A stretch of 64,000 nt of DNA, taken from the NCBI GenBank assembly GCA_038228235.1, contig JBBRPK010000001.1:613-64612 (forward strand). The letters are read 5' to 3'. The stretch comes from Verrucomicrobiota bacterium (lineage in GTDB: Bacteria > Verrucomicrobiota > Verrucomicrobiia > Limisphaerales > JBBRPK01). Both the position numbers and the translations under genes were made by a program. The notes under the pieces are model-generated. The model made no database searches. It was not told the origin of the DNA and saw nothing but the letters and a program-made list of their open reading frames with translations. Each line of letters opens with the position of its first letter. Position 1 is the stretch's first letter. Of the stretch, positions 36,218 to 47,055 are shown in pieces.

Positions 36218-38965
36218 TCAATCATCATCCTTCGCGCCCGGAGTGATCGCCCACATCGGGTAGGGCGCGGCGCTGCCTTTCATGGCATGCCACAGAATGC
36301 GGTTGAGAACCCCTTCGGGGCAGGCGTCCGGTTTTTTGAAATTCAAGCGGGCGCTGGCATAGGCTTGAGAGCGCAGGAGCGAGTCCGTCACTTTCTTCGG
36401 CTCCGGATTCATTTGGTCGAGCGGAATGTTAGTTGGCAAGGCATAGAACGGGGTGAAGTCCGGTGAATTGGTGAAGCAGTCGAACATCGGCGTGGCAGTG
36501 CCGTCGAACTGGTTCATTGGGGGCAAACCCAGAATCTGCTCCATCGTCCGAATCAGGCTGGTCGTGTTATACTGCGTGCCGACGACGGCGCCGCGCCTGG
36601 TATAGGGACTGATACAGTAGGCCGTGGTGCGGTAACCGCTCACATGGTCCCACCCGGCCTGCGGGTCGTCTTCAATGGCGAAGATGACGGTGTCCTTCCA
36701 AAAGCGGCTATGGCTGATTGCCTCGACAATTTGGCCGAAGGCCAGGTCATTGTCGGCGGCGCTGGCGGCCGGAGTAGGCCAACCGGGAGAGGTGCCGCTG
36801 GTATGGTCATTGGGCAAACAAATGATGACGAGGTTTGGAAACCCGCCTTTCTGCTCAAACTGCCGCAGTTCGTTGATAAAAAATTTTGCGCGATATTGGT
36901 CGGGCACCTCCAATGCCCAGCCGACGTAGTTGGTGGGCATGTAGGGACGGATGGATTCGACGCCCGGTTCACTGGCGAAAATGACTTCCCCTTTTGAGTC
37001 GTGAAATTCCTTCCAACAGTCGGCCCATTTGGGCGCGCCCATTTTCCTTGCGTCGGCCCAGCGGATGGCTGGCAGGGCGAACTCACCGTAATCGCGAAGG
37101 GTTTTGCCATGCCGAATCACGTTGTCCCAGATAAAACCAGTTGGCGCATAGGCGAGCGCGTCGGTTTCGTTTGTGCCCATGCCGTCGGGATAGCTGCGCG
37201 GAAAGCCCGCGAAGGATTTCTCCATGTAATCAGTGGCAAAGGCGGTCGTGGACCACTGATGTCCATCCGCGCTCAGGATGCCGCAGCAATAAGTGTTATC
37301 CAGCAACACGAAGTCACGGGCCAGCTTATGCTGGTTGGGCGTGAGTTTGTCTGGGAAAATGCACAGCGACGGCTCGCCATTGCCGCGGCTGTCATCGCCC
37401 AGCACCTGATCGTAAGTGCGATTCTCTTTAATGATGTAAACGACGTGTTGGAAGACGCTCGGTTCTCCAACGCGCTCGGGGACTGGGCGCGGGGACTGCG
37501 CAGGACGTGCGGGAAGTTCGGCGAAGGCCATTTGGTTGCGCCGATAGTTGTCCCAAACGATAGCAGATAGGCCGGGCAGATCGCGCGTCTTGGGCGCGGC
37601 CACGAGGGAAATGGAACCCTGGTATTGGCGCGAGTTAAAACCTAAGCCGCCGCTCTCTTTGTCCTTCTCGCGGGCCTGGGCAATGCCTTTGATGTTAGCC
37701 ACGCACAGGATATGGGATTTGGGGTGGAAGGCCAGCGCTCCGGGAAACCAGCCGACTGGGATGAGGCCCAGCAACTTTGAGTGGTCAGGATTGAAGTCCA
37801 CCACTGCGATGGCGTTTTGGGTGCCATTGGCGACATAGATCGTTTTGCCAGGTTTATCAAAGGTCAGCGCATTGGGCGACGCTCCGAAAAGGTCGGCGGG
37901 ACTCTGTTTCACCCAAATTGTTTCCACCACTTTATCCGTTCGGGTGTCGATCACACTCAAGTTGTCGCTGGCGGCATTGGCACAGACGAGATAGCGGCGG
38001 TTGGGTGAAACGGCTAGCGCGGAAGCATGAAGGTGCACGAGTATCTCCGCCAAAGTTTGACCCGTGGCGAGATCAATCACCGTGACGGAGCCTTCACTCG
38101 CGATGTATCTCACCGGATCAACCTTCACCAAAGTTCCACGGCCCGCGGGACCCGTGAGTTCGTTTGGTTTTGGGCGGCGTCCTCCCCAGTTGCTCACATA
38201 CGCTTTCTGGCCCACGAGGGCGACATCATAGGGAGCGACTCCCACTTCGAAGACCCGCAGAACTCCGCCGGTGGCCGCGTCAAATTCGCCCAGTCGATTG
38301 GATAGGTTCAAAGCTGCGTAGAGGCGTTTGCCGTTACGGCAGACGGCCAGGCCCGACGGGATTTCCTCTTTGCGTCCCCGCGCATTCGCGTCGGGGAGAG
38401 CAATTGAACACAGGCCCGAAACCTGGCCATCCGGAGCCACGAGAAAGACCTTCACGCTTCCATTGACGTTCGATAAATAAATGCGTTTGCCATCCGGGGA
38501 AAACACCAGACCGTTGAAGCTGACCTGGCCTTTTTCGTCGGAATTAAGAATGTTGGCAGAAGACGCTGAAGGCTGCGGTTCCTTGAGTTTTTCTGAGGGA
38601 AAAGGCACTTTTTGAAGCACTTTTCCTGTCGCGGGATCAATGATGATAAGTTCACTAGTTTTGCCAGAAGTGGCAAGGAACTTACCGTTCGGACTGAGCG
38701 CGAGGGCTTGCGGGCGTAACCCAGGCAGTTCCACCTGAATACCTTCAGGCGTGAGCACCTGGTTGAGTGGCGTGATAGTTCGATGGGTTCCAGCGCGGCC
38801 CACGCGTTCGGTGGAGCTTGTTAAAGGGATTTCATTCGCAAAACCTGGAACATTGATCAACAAGGCCAAAATCGATCCGACGCAAGTCCGTCGTGATTGG
38901 TTCTGCAAAGCTACCGAGGGAAAATTCATCGTCGCCAGAGAACGAAGGATGCTGCCCCAGTGCAA
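36218..38965 (-). CDS. bifunctional YVTN/YncE-type beta-propeller + phosphoesterase (PLC/AcpA family) protein
   Basis: 915 aa. N-terminal half has beta-propeller repeats (LALSPNGKFLA, VFSPDGKRIYLSN, LAVSPNRRYLVCAN, IYVANG.QN.IAVVD). C-terminal half begins with the phosphoesterase motif VVYIIKENRTYDQVLGD. An alternative start is at 38929. Confidence 0.75.
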   Translation of the reverse strand: MHWGSILRSLATMNFPSVALQNQSRRTCVGSILALLINVPGFANEIPLTSSTERVGRAGTHRTITPLNQVLTPEGIQVELPGLRPQALALSPNGKFLATSGKTSELIIIDPATGKVLQKVPFPSEKLKEPQPSASSANILNSDEKGQVSFNGLVFSPDGKRIYLSNVNGSVKVFLVAPDGQVSGLCSIALPDANARGRKEEIPSGLAVCRNGKRLYAALNLSNRLGEFDAATGGVLRVFEVGVAPYDVALVGQKAYVSNWGGRRPKPNELTGPAGRGTLVKVDPVRYIASEGSVTVIDLATGQTLAEILVHLHASALAVSPNRRYLVCANAASDNLSVIDTRTDKVVETIWVKQSPADLFGASPNALTFDKPGKTIYVANGTQNAIAVVDFNPDHSKLLGLIPVGWFPGALAFHPKSHILCVANIKGIAQAREKDKESGGLGFNSRQYQGSISLVAAPKTRDLPGLSAIVWDNYRRNQMAFAELPARPAQSPRPVPERVGEPSVFQHVVYIIKENRTYDQVLGDDSRGNGEPSLCIFPDKLTPNQHKLARDFVLLDNTYCCGILSADGHQWSTTAFATDYMEKSFAGFPRSYPDGMGTNETDALAYAPTGFIWDNVIRHGKTLRDYGEFALPAIRWADARKMGAPKWADCWKEFHDSKGEVIFASEPGVESIRPYMPTNYVGWALEVPDQYRAKFFINELRQFEQKGGFPNLVIICLPNDHTSGTSPGWPTPAASAADNDLAFGQIVEAISHSRFWKDTVIFAIEDDPQAGWDHVSGYRTTAYCISPYTRRGAVVGTQYNTTSLIRTMEQILGLPPMNQFDGTATPMFDCFTNSPDFTPFYALPTNIPLDQMNPEPKKVTDSLLRSQAYASARLNFKKPDACPEGVLNRILWHAMKGSAAPYPMWAITPGAKDDD

Positions 38966-39004
38966 GCCCGAATTAAGTGTAACGATTCCCGTGGCAAGCG
39001 AAGG

Positions 39005-41137
39005 CTACGGTGATATTTCAAGGACCCGATAGAAGCCGCGCGGTGAGCCGGCAGCGGAAGAGTCGATCCAGGAAGTGGTAGCGCCCGTAGCCGTGACAGG
39101 GCCGCTGACGGAGGTCCACTGGGCTGCCTCAAAAGTCGGCGTCCATTCGAGTTGATAATTGTGACCGGCAATAGACTTCCAACGAACCGTCGCCCCCTCG
39201 TCTGAGAGCGAAAAAGTGGCCAACCGCAGAGGGTCCGGCGGAGCGCCTTTGATGATTGTGAATGAATCATCAATCACGCCCGTCTCGCGCAGGAATTTCG
39301 CATCCAATCGGTTGCCGTCAACGTCGATGACTAGCGAGCCGGTTTGCAGTTCGCTGACAAACATGGCCGGGTGATAGCCCACTCGGAAGGTAGCCCAGCC
39401 CGAACTTCCAGCCACGGCATAGACGGTTCCCTTTCCTGCCGAAGGCCCGGTGGTGGGCTTAAGATAAGCGCCTGTTTCGGCGGGGCGACCAGTGCCGGCA
39501 TCGGTAAGCATGGCGGAAGTGAGAGTGGTCGAGCGTCCGTAATGCCCATTCAACAGATAAGATCGTTCATAATTGTGGCTATGTCCGCAAAGCACCAGGT
39601 CAACTCCGTAGGATTCCAAAATCGGCACCGCATTGGTCCGCATCTGGATGAGTTCAGTTTCGGTATCCGAATTGTGGGATCCCTTGGTGTAAGGGGGATG
39701 ATGCCAGAAAGCGATCAGCCAAAAGTTGGTGTTGGCCGCTAAATCGTTTTCCAGCCAGTTGAGCATGGCGCTGCCCGGCAAACGGCTGCTGGCGGTCATG
39801 GCATCCAGGCAAATGAAATGGATGTTCCCATAGTCGAACGAGTAATAGTTTGGGGTGCCGGAGGCGAGCCCCCCGGCCTCTCCATGTCTCGGAAAGGTAA
39901 AGTTGAGAAAATAGGGGAGCGACGGCGAGGGATTAGGATCCTGGTCGCTGTCATGATTGCCAAGGGTGGACCATAGCACCGTGCTGCGAAGTTCATTGGT
40001 ATAGACATCGAAAACCGCGCGCTGATACTCCAGATCTGTTCCGCTATGATAAGCATTGTCTCCCAGCATCAGCCAAATGTCAGTGTGCCGCGTGCCAGTA
40101 AATTTCTCATAGGCGTCGCGCACCCCGACGGCATTTCCCAAGCCAGTACCCGTGGTGCCGCTATCGCCAATTGCCCAGATCCGCGCAGCCTTCGGAGAAG
40201 ATGGAGAAGTGATGAAGAAACAATCCCCGCCGCCCGCCAGGTTTGTTCCGTCGGCCCCGATAGAATAAAAGTATTTCGTGCCGGGCCGCAGGTTAGTAAG
40301 GGGAAATACGTGTTCAGTGGTGGGTTCGGAGTCCGCGACCAAAAACCTCAGGCTATCCTGCTGAGTGCCATAGCGCACGATGCTGTTGGTAGGCACATTG
40401 CTTCGCCATCGCACGACGATGCTGTTCGGAGCGCCCATTTGCAGATACGGACCCCGGGTGAGGCGTAATGGGGACGGTTGTAATGCGCTGCTCTGGGCCG
40501 TTAGTTCCAGCGCAAACCCCATATCCGGAGCGTTCGGCGCAGAGAGATGGACTTCCGCTGCTATTAGATTGTAACCGTCGAACAACAAAGATGGGTCCGC
40601 AGGAAAGGAATAAAACCCAGTGCCCTCGTCTCCCTCGGTTGTGGCTGGGTTTGCCAGGGTCAGGTAGCCGATATAGTTGTCAGGCATGCCGCTGCGCAAA
40701 ACCTCCACGCCGTTCAGATACACCACTGCCCCATCATCCCGCAGGAGCCGTCCCATCAAATTGGTGATCGCAGCCGCATCAGTTAAATAAAAGGTCTGCC
40801 GGAAATAGGTAGTGATGTGTTTGTTTTGCGGGTCCGGGCCAAAACCGGCCAAAGTGGCTTGATCGGCATTTCCATACCCCAATTTTCCGGGCCCTGCCGG
40901 CCAGGAGTCATCGTTCAGAAAGAAAAAAGGGTCGCTCCATGCCTGGCCCTGGTTCGAGCCGTCGTCCAGGTAATCCCAAACGGAGTTGGTCGCTATCAGA
41001 ACATTGGATTGCGCCGTTGCGTTTGTACTGAGAAAAAAAGCGCACCAGAAGGAAGCGCCGAGACAAGACAACGCTCTAAACTTCCTGAGAGCGTTTGATA
41101 AAGAATCCATACAGTGTTGCCGGCTGTTTTGTGGCAA
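39005..41137 (-). CDS. purple-acid-phosphatase-like metallophosphoesterase with C-terminal FYRV module
   Basis: 710 aa. Motifs GDSG, GDNAYHSGTDLEY, GNHD, WHHPPY, CGHSHNYERS. Ends ...VRWKSIAGHNYQLEWT....WTSVSGPVTATG..TSWIDS....PRGFYRVLEISP. An alternative start is at 41110. Confidence 0.75.
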   Translation of the reverse strand: MPQNSRQHCMDSLSNALRKFRALSCLGASFWCAFFLSTNATAQSNVLIATNSVWDYLDDGSNQGQAWSDPFFFLNDDSWPAGPGKLGYGNADQATLAGFGPDPQNKHITTYFRQTFYLTDAAAITNLMGRLLRDDGAVVYLNGVEVLRSGMPDNYIGYLTLANPATTEGDEGTGFYSFPADPSLLFDGYNLIAAEVHLSAPNAPDMGFALELTAQSSALQPSPLRLTRGPYLQMGAPNSIVVRWRSNVPTNSIVRYGTQQDSLRFLVADSEPTTEHVFPLTNLRPGTKYFYSIGADGTNLAGGGDCFFITSPSSPKAARIWAIGDSGTTGTGLGNAVGVRDAYEKFTGTRHTDIWLMLGDNAYHSGTDLEYQRAVFDVYTNELRSTVLWSTLGNHDSDQDPNPSPSLPYFLNFTFPRHGEAGGLASGTPNYYSFDYGNIHFICLDAMTASSRLPGSAMLNWLENDLAANTNFWLIAFWHHPPYTKGSHNSDTETELIQMRTNAVPILESYGVDLVLCGHSHNYERSYLLNGHYGRSTTLTSAMLTDAGTGRPAETGAYLKPTTGPSAGKGTVYAVAGSSGWATFRVGYHPAMFVSELQTGSLVIDVDGNRLDAKFLRETGVIDDSFTIIKGAPPDPLRLATFSLSDEGATVRWKSIAGHNYQLEWTPTFEAAQWTSVSGPVTATGATTSWIDSSAAGSPRGFYRVLEISP

Positions 41138-41299
41138 ACATAGTAACTACGCGTGGCTCGAAAAGCAAGCACAGAGTTTGAGGTCTGGGGCTATTTTCGG
41201 TCATCCCTCCGGGATGGTGCTGTTCGAAAGCTAGGGGCATGGGATTGTCAATCCGCGCTACCGCCGGCGTTACGGCGCCGAATCGATCCAAGAACCTTC

Positions 41300-42748
41300 T
41301 CAGGCTAACAGACCCTTGACTACCTCGCCGTGAATGTCCGTCAAACGAAAGTCGCGGCCCTGAAAGCGGTAAACCAGCTTCTCGTGGTTGATGCCCATGC
41401 AATGCAGGATCGTCGCATTGAGGTCGTGGATGTGGACTGGGTTTTCAGCGACATTGTAGCAATAGTCGTCGGTTTGTCCGAAGGTGACGCCGGACTTGAC
41501 CCCGCCACCGGCCATCCAAACAGAGTAGCAACGGCCATGGTGGTCGCGTCCATAGTTGTCCTTTTCAATCTTGCCCTGGCTGTAAACAGTGCGGCCAAAT
41601 TCGCCGCCCCAGATCACGAGCGTGTCTTCTAACATCCCGCGTTGTTTAAGATCCTTGATCAAGGCGGCGCTTGCCTGGTCGGTGTCCTTGCATTGTTCGC
41701 GAATGCGTTTGGGCAAATTGTTATGTTGATCCCACCCACGATGATAGAGCTGGATGAAGCGCACGCCACGCTCAGCCATGCGGCGGGCCAGCAGACAGTT
41801 ATAAGCAAAACTGCCGGGCTTTTTCACATCCGGCCCATACGATTCCAAGGTGGTCTCGGACTCCTTGGAGACATCGACCAGCTCGGGCACGGAGGTTTGC
41901 ATGCGAAAGGCCAGTTCGTATTGTGAAATGCGCGCGGTAATCTCGGGGTCACCATGCGCCTGGTATTGTTTGCCGTTGAGGGCGGCCAGTCCATCAAGCA
42001 TGCGCCGGCGCGTCTGGCTATTGAGGCCCGGAGGATTCGAAAGATAAAGCACCGGATCACCCGTGCCGCGGAAGTTAACGCCTTGATATTCGGAAGGCAG
42101 AAAACCTGAACTCCACAAGCGGGTATAAAGCGGCTGATCGCTCTCCTTGCCGCTGGAGATCATGACGATGAAAGCCGGGAGGTTTTGATTGTCGCTCCCC
42201 AAACCGTAGTTCAGCCAGGAACCCATGCAAGGGCGGCCAGGCTGCTGAAAGCCGGTCTGGATGAAGGTAATCGCCGGATCGTGATTGATCGCTTCCGTGT
42301 TGACCGTTTTGACCACGCAGATGTCATCGACAATGCTCCCGATGTTGGGAAGGAGTTCGCTGACCCATGCCCCGCATTTTCCGTGTCGATTGAACTTAAA
42401 GAGGGAGCGAACGACCGGGAAGGCCTTCTGCCCAGAGGTCATGGTGGTGATGCGCTGGCCCATACGGACAGAGTCGGGCAATTCGGTTTCGTGGAATTTT
42501 TCCAGGGCGGGCTTGTAGTCCAGCAGGTCCATCTGCGAAGGACCGCCCGCCATGAATAGATATATCACCCGCTTGGCCTTGGGAGCGAAGTGGGGCTTCC
42601 CGAGCGGCAGCTTCGCAGGATCAGCTTCGCCGCCGAAGATGTTGGGGTTCAACAACGATCCCAGGGCGGCAGCGCCAACCCCGGTCGCGGCACGGCCAAA
42701 GAAATGCCGGCGGGTCATTATCAAATTTAGTTCTTGCAGCGGGTCCAT
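41300..42748 (-). CDS. DUF1501 domain protein (sulfatase-like, Tat signal)
   Basis: 482 aa. Twin-arginine leader [19 protein letters not shown]. The body, including [10 protein letters not shown], is typical of DUF1501. Lies 14 nt downstream of the PSD1 gene. Confidence 0.85.
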   Translation of the reverse strand: MDPLQELNLIMTRRHFFGRAATGVGAAALGSLLNPNIFGGEADPAKLPLGKPHFAPKAKRVIYLFMAGGPSQMDLLDYKPALEKFHETELPDSVRMGQRITTMTSGQKAFPVVRSLFKFNRHGKCGAWVSELLPNIGSIVDDICVVKTVNTEAINHDPAITFIQTGFQQPGRPCMGSWLNYGLGSDNQNLPAFIVMISSGKESDQPLYTRLWSSGFLPSEYQGVNFRGTGDPVLYLSNPPGLNSQTRRRMLDGLAALNGKQYQAHGDPEITARISQYELAFRMQTSVPELVDVSKESETTLESYGPDVKKPGSFAYNCLLARRMAERGVRFIQLYHRGWDQHNNLPKRIREQCKDTDQASAALIKDLKQRGMLEDTLVIWGGEFGRTVYSQGKIEKDNYGRDHHGRCYSVWMAGGGVKSGVTFGQTDDYCYNVAENPVHIHDLNATILHCMGINHEKLVYRFQGRDFRLTDIHGEVVKGLLA

Positions 42749-42762
42749 AACGTAATTCCAGC

Positions 42763-45700
42763 TCAGCCTTTCGTCACCGTCTCATCTAAATTCAAAATCA
42801 TGCTGGCGATTGTTGTCCAGGCTGCCAGTTCAGTCGTGTCCAGGCTGGGCTTTGGTTTGAAGCTGCCTACGCTCATTAATTTGTCCGCGGACTGTTTGTC
42901 CTTGCGGAATTCTGCCAGCTCGCGATTGAAAACCTCGAGGAGGACTTTGATCTCATCGGCGGCGGGGCGTCGCGCGGTAGCCAGGCGGAAGGCAAAAGCG
43001 ATGCGCTTCTTTGGGTCCTCACCCGCCTCGGTCATCATCCGCTGGGCGAGCGCGCGCGCGGCTTCCACGAATTGAGGATCGTTCATCAGCGTGAGCGCCT
43101 GGAGCGGGGTGTTAGTGCGCAGCCGGCGCACCACGCAGTACTCGCGGCTGGGGGCGTCGAAGAGCAGCATGTTCGGCGGAGGACTTTGGCGCTTCCAGTA
43201 AATATAAAGGCTGCGCCGGTATTGGCCCTCGCCGGAGTCAGGCACATATTTTTGGGAGTTATTGTAGGAAACTGCCTCCCAAAGGCCCGGCGGCTGGTAG
43301 GGCTTCACACTGCGCCCGCCCTGTTTGTCGAGCAGCAACCCGCTGACGGCTAACGCCGTGTCACGCACCATCTCGGCGTCCAACCGGAAGCGCGGACCTC
43401 GGGCCAGGAGGCGGTTTTCTGGATCCTTGGCCAGCAACGCGGGCGTAAGGTGGGAGGACTGCCGGTAGGTGGCCGAGGTCAGGATTAATTTTTGCAGCCG
43501 TTTCACGTCCCAGCCCGTGCGGATAAATTCCGTCGCCAGCCAGTCGAGCAGTTTCGGATGCGAAGGGCGTTCGCCCTGGACTCCAAAATCTTCAACTGTT
43601 TTGACCAGCCCAACCCCGAAATATTGCTGCCAGAGCCGGTTGACCGTGACGCGAGCGGTCAAGGGATGGCTTGGGTCCACCAGCCAGCGGGCAAAGCCCA
43701 GGCGATTCGTCGGAGTGTCTTTTGGCCAGGGCGGCAGGATCGAAGGGACGCCGGGTTCGACTTTATCGCCCTTCTTATCGTACTCGCCGCGAGTGAGCAT
43801 GAACGTCTCCCGCCGCTTATCCATTTCTCGGGCCACCATGGTCGTGGGAATGGCCTTGTCGAGGCCGGTTTCTTCTTCCCGCCATTTTTCAACGTTATCC
43901 GAAAGTTGTTTAATTTCGGGTGAATGCGCGCGGCGGAAGTGGTTCCGGACCTTGTTCTTCTGTGTTTCGCTTAGTTTCGCCGTGGTGGCCAGCACGGCCG
44001 CAATATCCGCAGGCGCCTCGTCTTTCTCATTGAAGTCCTTGTCGAAGGTGAAAAAGGCCGCGCCCTGAATGGTGACGATTTTGGCGAGCACCCTGTTCTC
44101 TCCCTTCTTCAATTCCACCTTCACTTTGAGCGGACCCTCGCCGGGTTTCTCCTCCACGCTTCGCTCCAACACTAGTTTGTCATTCACCCACAATTTGAAC
44201 AGCCCATCGGCGCGCAAGCTCAGTTCCGTCTCCCGTGCTTTCGGCAGGATGAGAGTGCGATACAGAAAATAGGCGCCATGCACGCCTTGCAAATACTCCA
44301 CGAGCTGATTCGCTTTTCCATCTGCGAAGTCCGATTTTTCTTTCCACTTCGCTTCCTCACGCGCGCCCGGATAAGACTTTTTAAGGTCGATCTCCTTTTC
44401 CGGCTGATAGACGTTTGTGAATCCGGCGCGGGCATTTTCAGTTTTGAACGGCCCGATCACCTGCCACGGCTCAAACTTTGGGGGATTCAGGAGCCGCACC
44501 AGTTCTTGGTTTTGCGCCGCCGCCAGCCGAAAATGGCCAATGGCGCGTTTGGATTTGGATGCCTCATAGCGCAGTCGAATGAACAGTTCTGAGCCAGGTT
44601 CAACCTTCATCGGCTCGCCCAGCAGAAACAACGCCGAGTGCGGCTCGGTGACAGAACTCGCATCCACACCCCAGCCAGTGTCGGCTTTCCCATCAATCGC
44701 TTTGGCCGCTTCAAATTTGGTCTCCGCGGAATCCGCGATTGCCTGAATAAATGTGAGCTTCTTCGGTTTGGGGACTTGCGGGAGCGCGTCCTTCCGGGGC
44801 TCCGGAGGAACGAGTTCCACGGGTCCTTGTCCGTTTTTCACAGCGTCCCCTTTCGGTGGTTTCTCCGCCTCCTTTTCGATCAACTCTGCCTCGAATTCCG
44901 AAAGCCGAAACCGGCCATCATCAGCGCGCGCCGACCCTTTTTTGGGCAACGACTCGTGCGGAAGCACTTCCAGCCGCAATGCGGCAAGATTACCTGGCGC
45001 GAGCTTGACCGAGATTTCATAAACATCGGACTCAGGATTGGGCCCCTGCGCCAGCACGGAATGATCCTCGAGGGTTTTAAACTGTGGCCCATTCGTGGAA
45101 GCGGACTTGATGCTGGCGAGCTCGAGGATGCTCCACCCGGCGCTCAGCTTTTCGTGCCACTTAGTTTCCCAGGCGAGTTGCTGCGCATCCAGTTCTGGCA
45201 TGGGCGCGTCGATTTTTCCCTGGGCGTCGGCGATGTTTTTTTTCAGCCACTCTTTCTTCTGAGTTTGCTCTTTACTCGGCAGTTTGAGAAAAGGTTCGGG
45301 GTTCGGCTTGTTGTCGTCCATTACGGATTCGTTGAGATTATTGAAAATGGAATACAACTGATAATACTCACGGTTCGTGATGGGATCGTATTTGTGGGTG
45401 TGGCACCGGGCGCAGGTCATGGTGAGGCCCAGCCAGATCGTGCTCGTGGTTTCGACGCGGTCGAAGGTGTACTTGGCCTGGTATTCCTCGACGATGGCAC
45501 CGCCTTCGCCCGTGCTCATGTTGCAACGGACATAGCCCGACGCAATTTTCTGGTTAAGCTTTGCTTCTGGCAACAGATCGCCAGCCAATTGCTCGACCGT
45601 GAATTGATCGTAGGGCATGTTTTTGTTGAAGGCATCGATGACCCAATCGCGCCACTTCCACATGCTCCGGTCAGAATCGATGTGGTAGCCGTGTGAGTCG

Positions 45701-46470
45701 GCGTACCTGGCGGCATCAAGCCAATAATGCGCCATCTGTTCGCCATAATCCGGTGAGTTGAGCAGCCGATCCACGAGTTTCTCATACGCTTCCGGACTTT
45801 TATCCGCCAAAAAGACGTCCACTTCCTGCGGAGTCGGAGGCAGACCCGTCAGGTCAAACGTTGCACGGCGGCTGATGGTGGTTTTATCAGCTTCAGGAGA
45901 GGGTTTAACCGCCTCTTTTTCCAATCGAGCAAGGATAAAGTGATCGATCTCATTCCGCGGCCATTTCGTATTCTTAACCTGCGGCACAGAGGGCCGCTCG
46001 GGTTTGATGTAAGCCCAGTGCTCCTGCCATTTGGCTCCCTGGGCAATCCAGCGCGTGAGCAAGTCGAGCTGCGAGGCAGTCAATTTCTTGCCTGAATCCG
46101 GCGGCGGCATCAGTTCGTCCGGGTCCTGGTTGGTGATGCGTTCGACCAGTTTGCTTTTGGAAACATCTCCCGGGACAATCGCGAAGTCGCCCGACTTGGC
46201 CGGCTTGAGGGCCTCGTCCTTCCGGTCGAAACGCAACTTGGCTTTGCGTTCCTTTTCGTCGGGACCGTGACATTTGAAGCAGTTTTCCGAAAGAATAGGG
46301 CGGATTTCCCGGTTAAAATCAATTGCCGGCGCGGCGGCAGGCTTATTGGCCGCCGAGGCCGAAACCCCAACCACTGTCCAGAGCGCCAGCAACGGCAATG
46401 TCAGCAGCCTTTTTTGAATCATGTCACAACCCGTTTTGCGGAAAATAGTGTTATTTCGTTGAACAGCCAT
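42763..46470 (-). CDS. PSCyt1 + PSCyt2 (DUF1549) + PSD1 (DUF1553) domain protein, long form
   Basis: [19 protein letters not shown] (PSCyt1); [43 protein letters not shown] (DUF1549); [20 protein letters not shown] and the C-terminal region (DUF1553). The likely start is ATG 46422 ([15 protein letters not shown]). Confidence 0.85.
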   Translation of the reverse strand: MAVQRNNTIFRKTGCDMIQKRLLTLPLLALWTVVGVSASAANKPAAAPAIDFNREIRPILSENCFKCHGPDEKERKAKLRFDRKDEALKPAKSGDFAIVPGDVSKSKLVERITNQDPDELMPPPDSGKKLTASQLDLLTRWIAQGAKWQEHWAYIKPERPSVPQVKNTKWPRNEIDHFILARLEKEAVKPSPEADKTTISRRATFDLTGLPPTPQEVDVFLADKSPEAYEKLVDRLLNSPDYGEQMAHYWLDAARYADSHGYHIDSDRSMWKWRDWVIDAFNKNMPYDQFTVEQLAGDLLPEAKLNQKIASGYVRCNMSTGEGGAIVEEYQAKYTFDRVETTSTIWLGLTMTCARCHTHKYDPITNREYYQLYSIFNNLNESVMDDNKPNPEPFLKLPSKEQTQKKEWLKKNIADAQGKIDAPMPELDAQQLAWETKWHEKLSAGWSILELASIKSASTNGPQFKTLEDHSVLAQGPNPESDVYEISVKLAPGNLAALRLEVLPHESLPKKGSARADDGRFRLSEFEAELIEKEAEKPPKGDAVKNGQGPVELVPPEPRKDALPQVPKPKKLTFIQAIADSAETKFEAAKAIDGKADTGWGVDASSVTEPHSALFLLGEPMKVEPGSELFIRLRYEASKSKRAIGHFRLAAAQNQELVRLLNPPKFEPWQVIGPFKTENARAGFTNVYQPEKEIDLKKSYPGAREEAKWKEKSDFADGKANQLVEYLQGVHGAYFLYRTLILPKARETELSLRADGLFKLWVNDKLVLERSVEEKPGEGPLKVKVELKKGENRVLAKIVTIQGAAFFTFDKDFNEKDEAPADIAAVLATTAKLSETQKNKVRNHFRRAHSPEIKQLSDNVEKWREEETGLDKAIPTTMVAREMDKRRETFMLTRGEYDKKGDKVEPGVPSILPPWPKDTPTNRLGFARWLVDPSHPLTARVTVNRLWQQYFGVGLVKTVEDFGVQGERPSHPKLLDWLATEFIRTGWDVKRLQKLILTSATYRQSSHLTPALLAKDPENRLLARGPRFRLDAEMVRDTALAVSGLLLDKQGGRSVKPYQPPGLWEAVSYNNSQKYVPDSGEGQYRRSLYIYWKRQSPPPNMLLFDAPSREYCVVRRLRTNTPLQALTLMNDPQFVEAARALAQRMMTEAGEDPKKRIAFAFRLATARRPAADEIKVLLEVFNRELAEFRKDKQSADKLMSVGSFKPKPSLDTTELAAWTTIASMILNLDETVTKG

Positions 46471-47055
46471 TCTACACCTGCCATCAACTTTTGAGAACCT
46501 TTTTCTGACCCGCCGCCGCCTGTCTCAGATTTTACCGGCGGCTGCGCTTGATCAGGTTTGACCCTTTTAAGTCCCAGGCTATTCAAAGCCACCATGCCCG
46601 GAGTGGAGCACGGGATTTATTACGCTCCGGCTGAGCGCGATGTCTAGCGAGGGAATGAATTCCGCGCTCCTCGTGGGAAGCGGACAACACTTTCGCCTGT
46701 TCCTTCCGGGAACCGGAAGCGGAGTCTCCCGTGATCATGTTAAAACTGGTTTGGCCACCCACCGACGCCGACTCGAGCTTAAGAAGGGCCGCTCAGTAAA
46801 ATAAAACCAAGCCCCGCCGACACAGAGGGAGGCGAGCGCGCCCAGGGGTTGCCAGACAATTGGCAAATAGCAACAAATGGTCAGCGGTTGTTGCCGGAGG
46901 GAGATCGAATACGTTCGCTCGCACACTCACCCCAGCCATCGCCCGGTCAGGACGGGAATGGATTGCGCGGACAGGTAGGATAAAAAACATGGACCGGAAC
47001 TCCGGGACTTTGCGAGATCTGGCTCAATAACTGGCGGGAAATATTAGCGTTGGAA

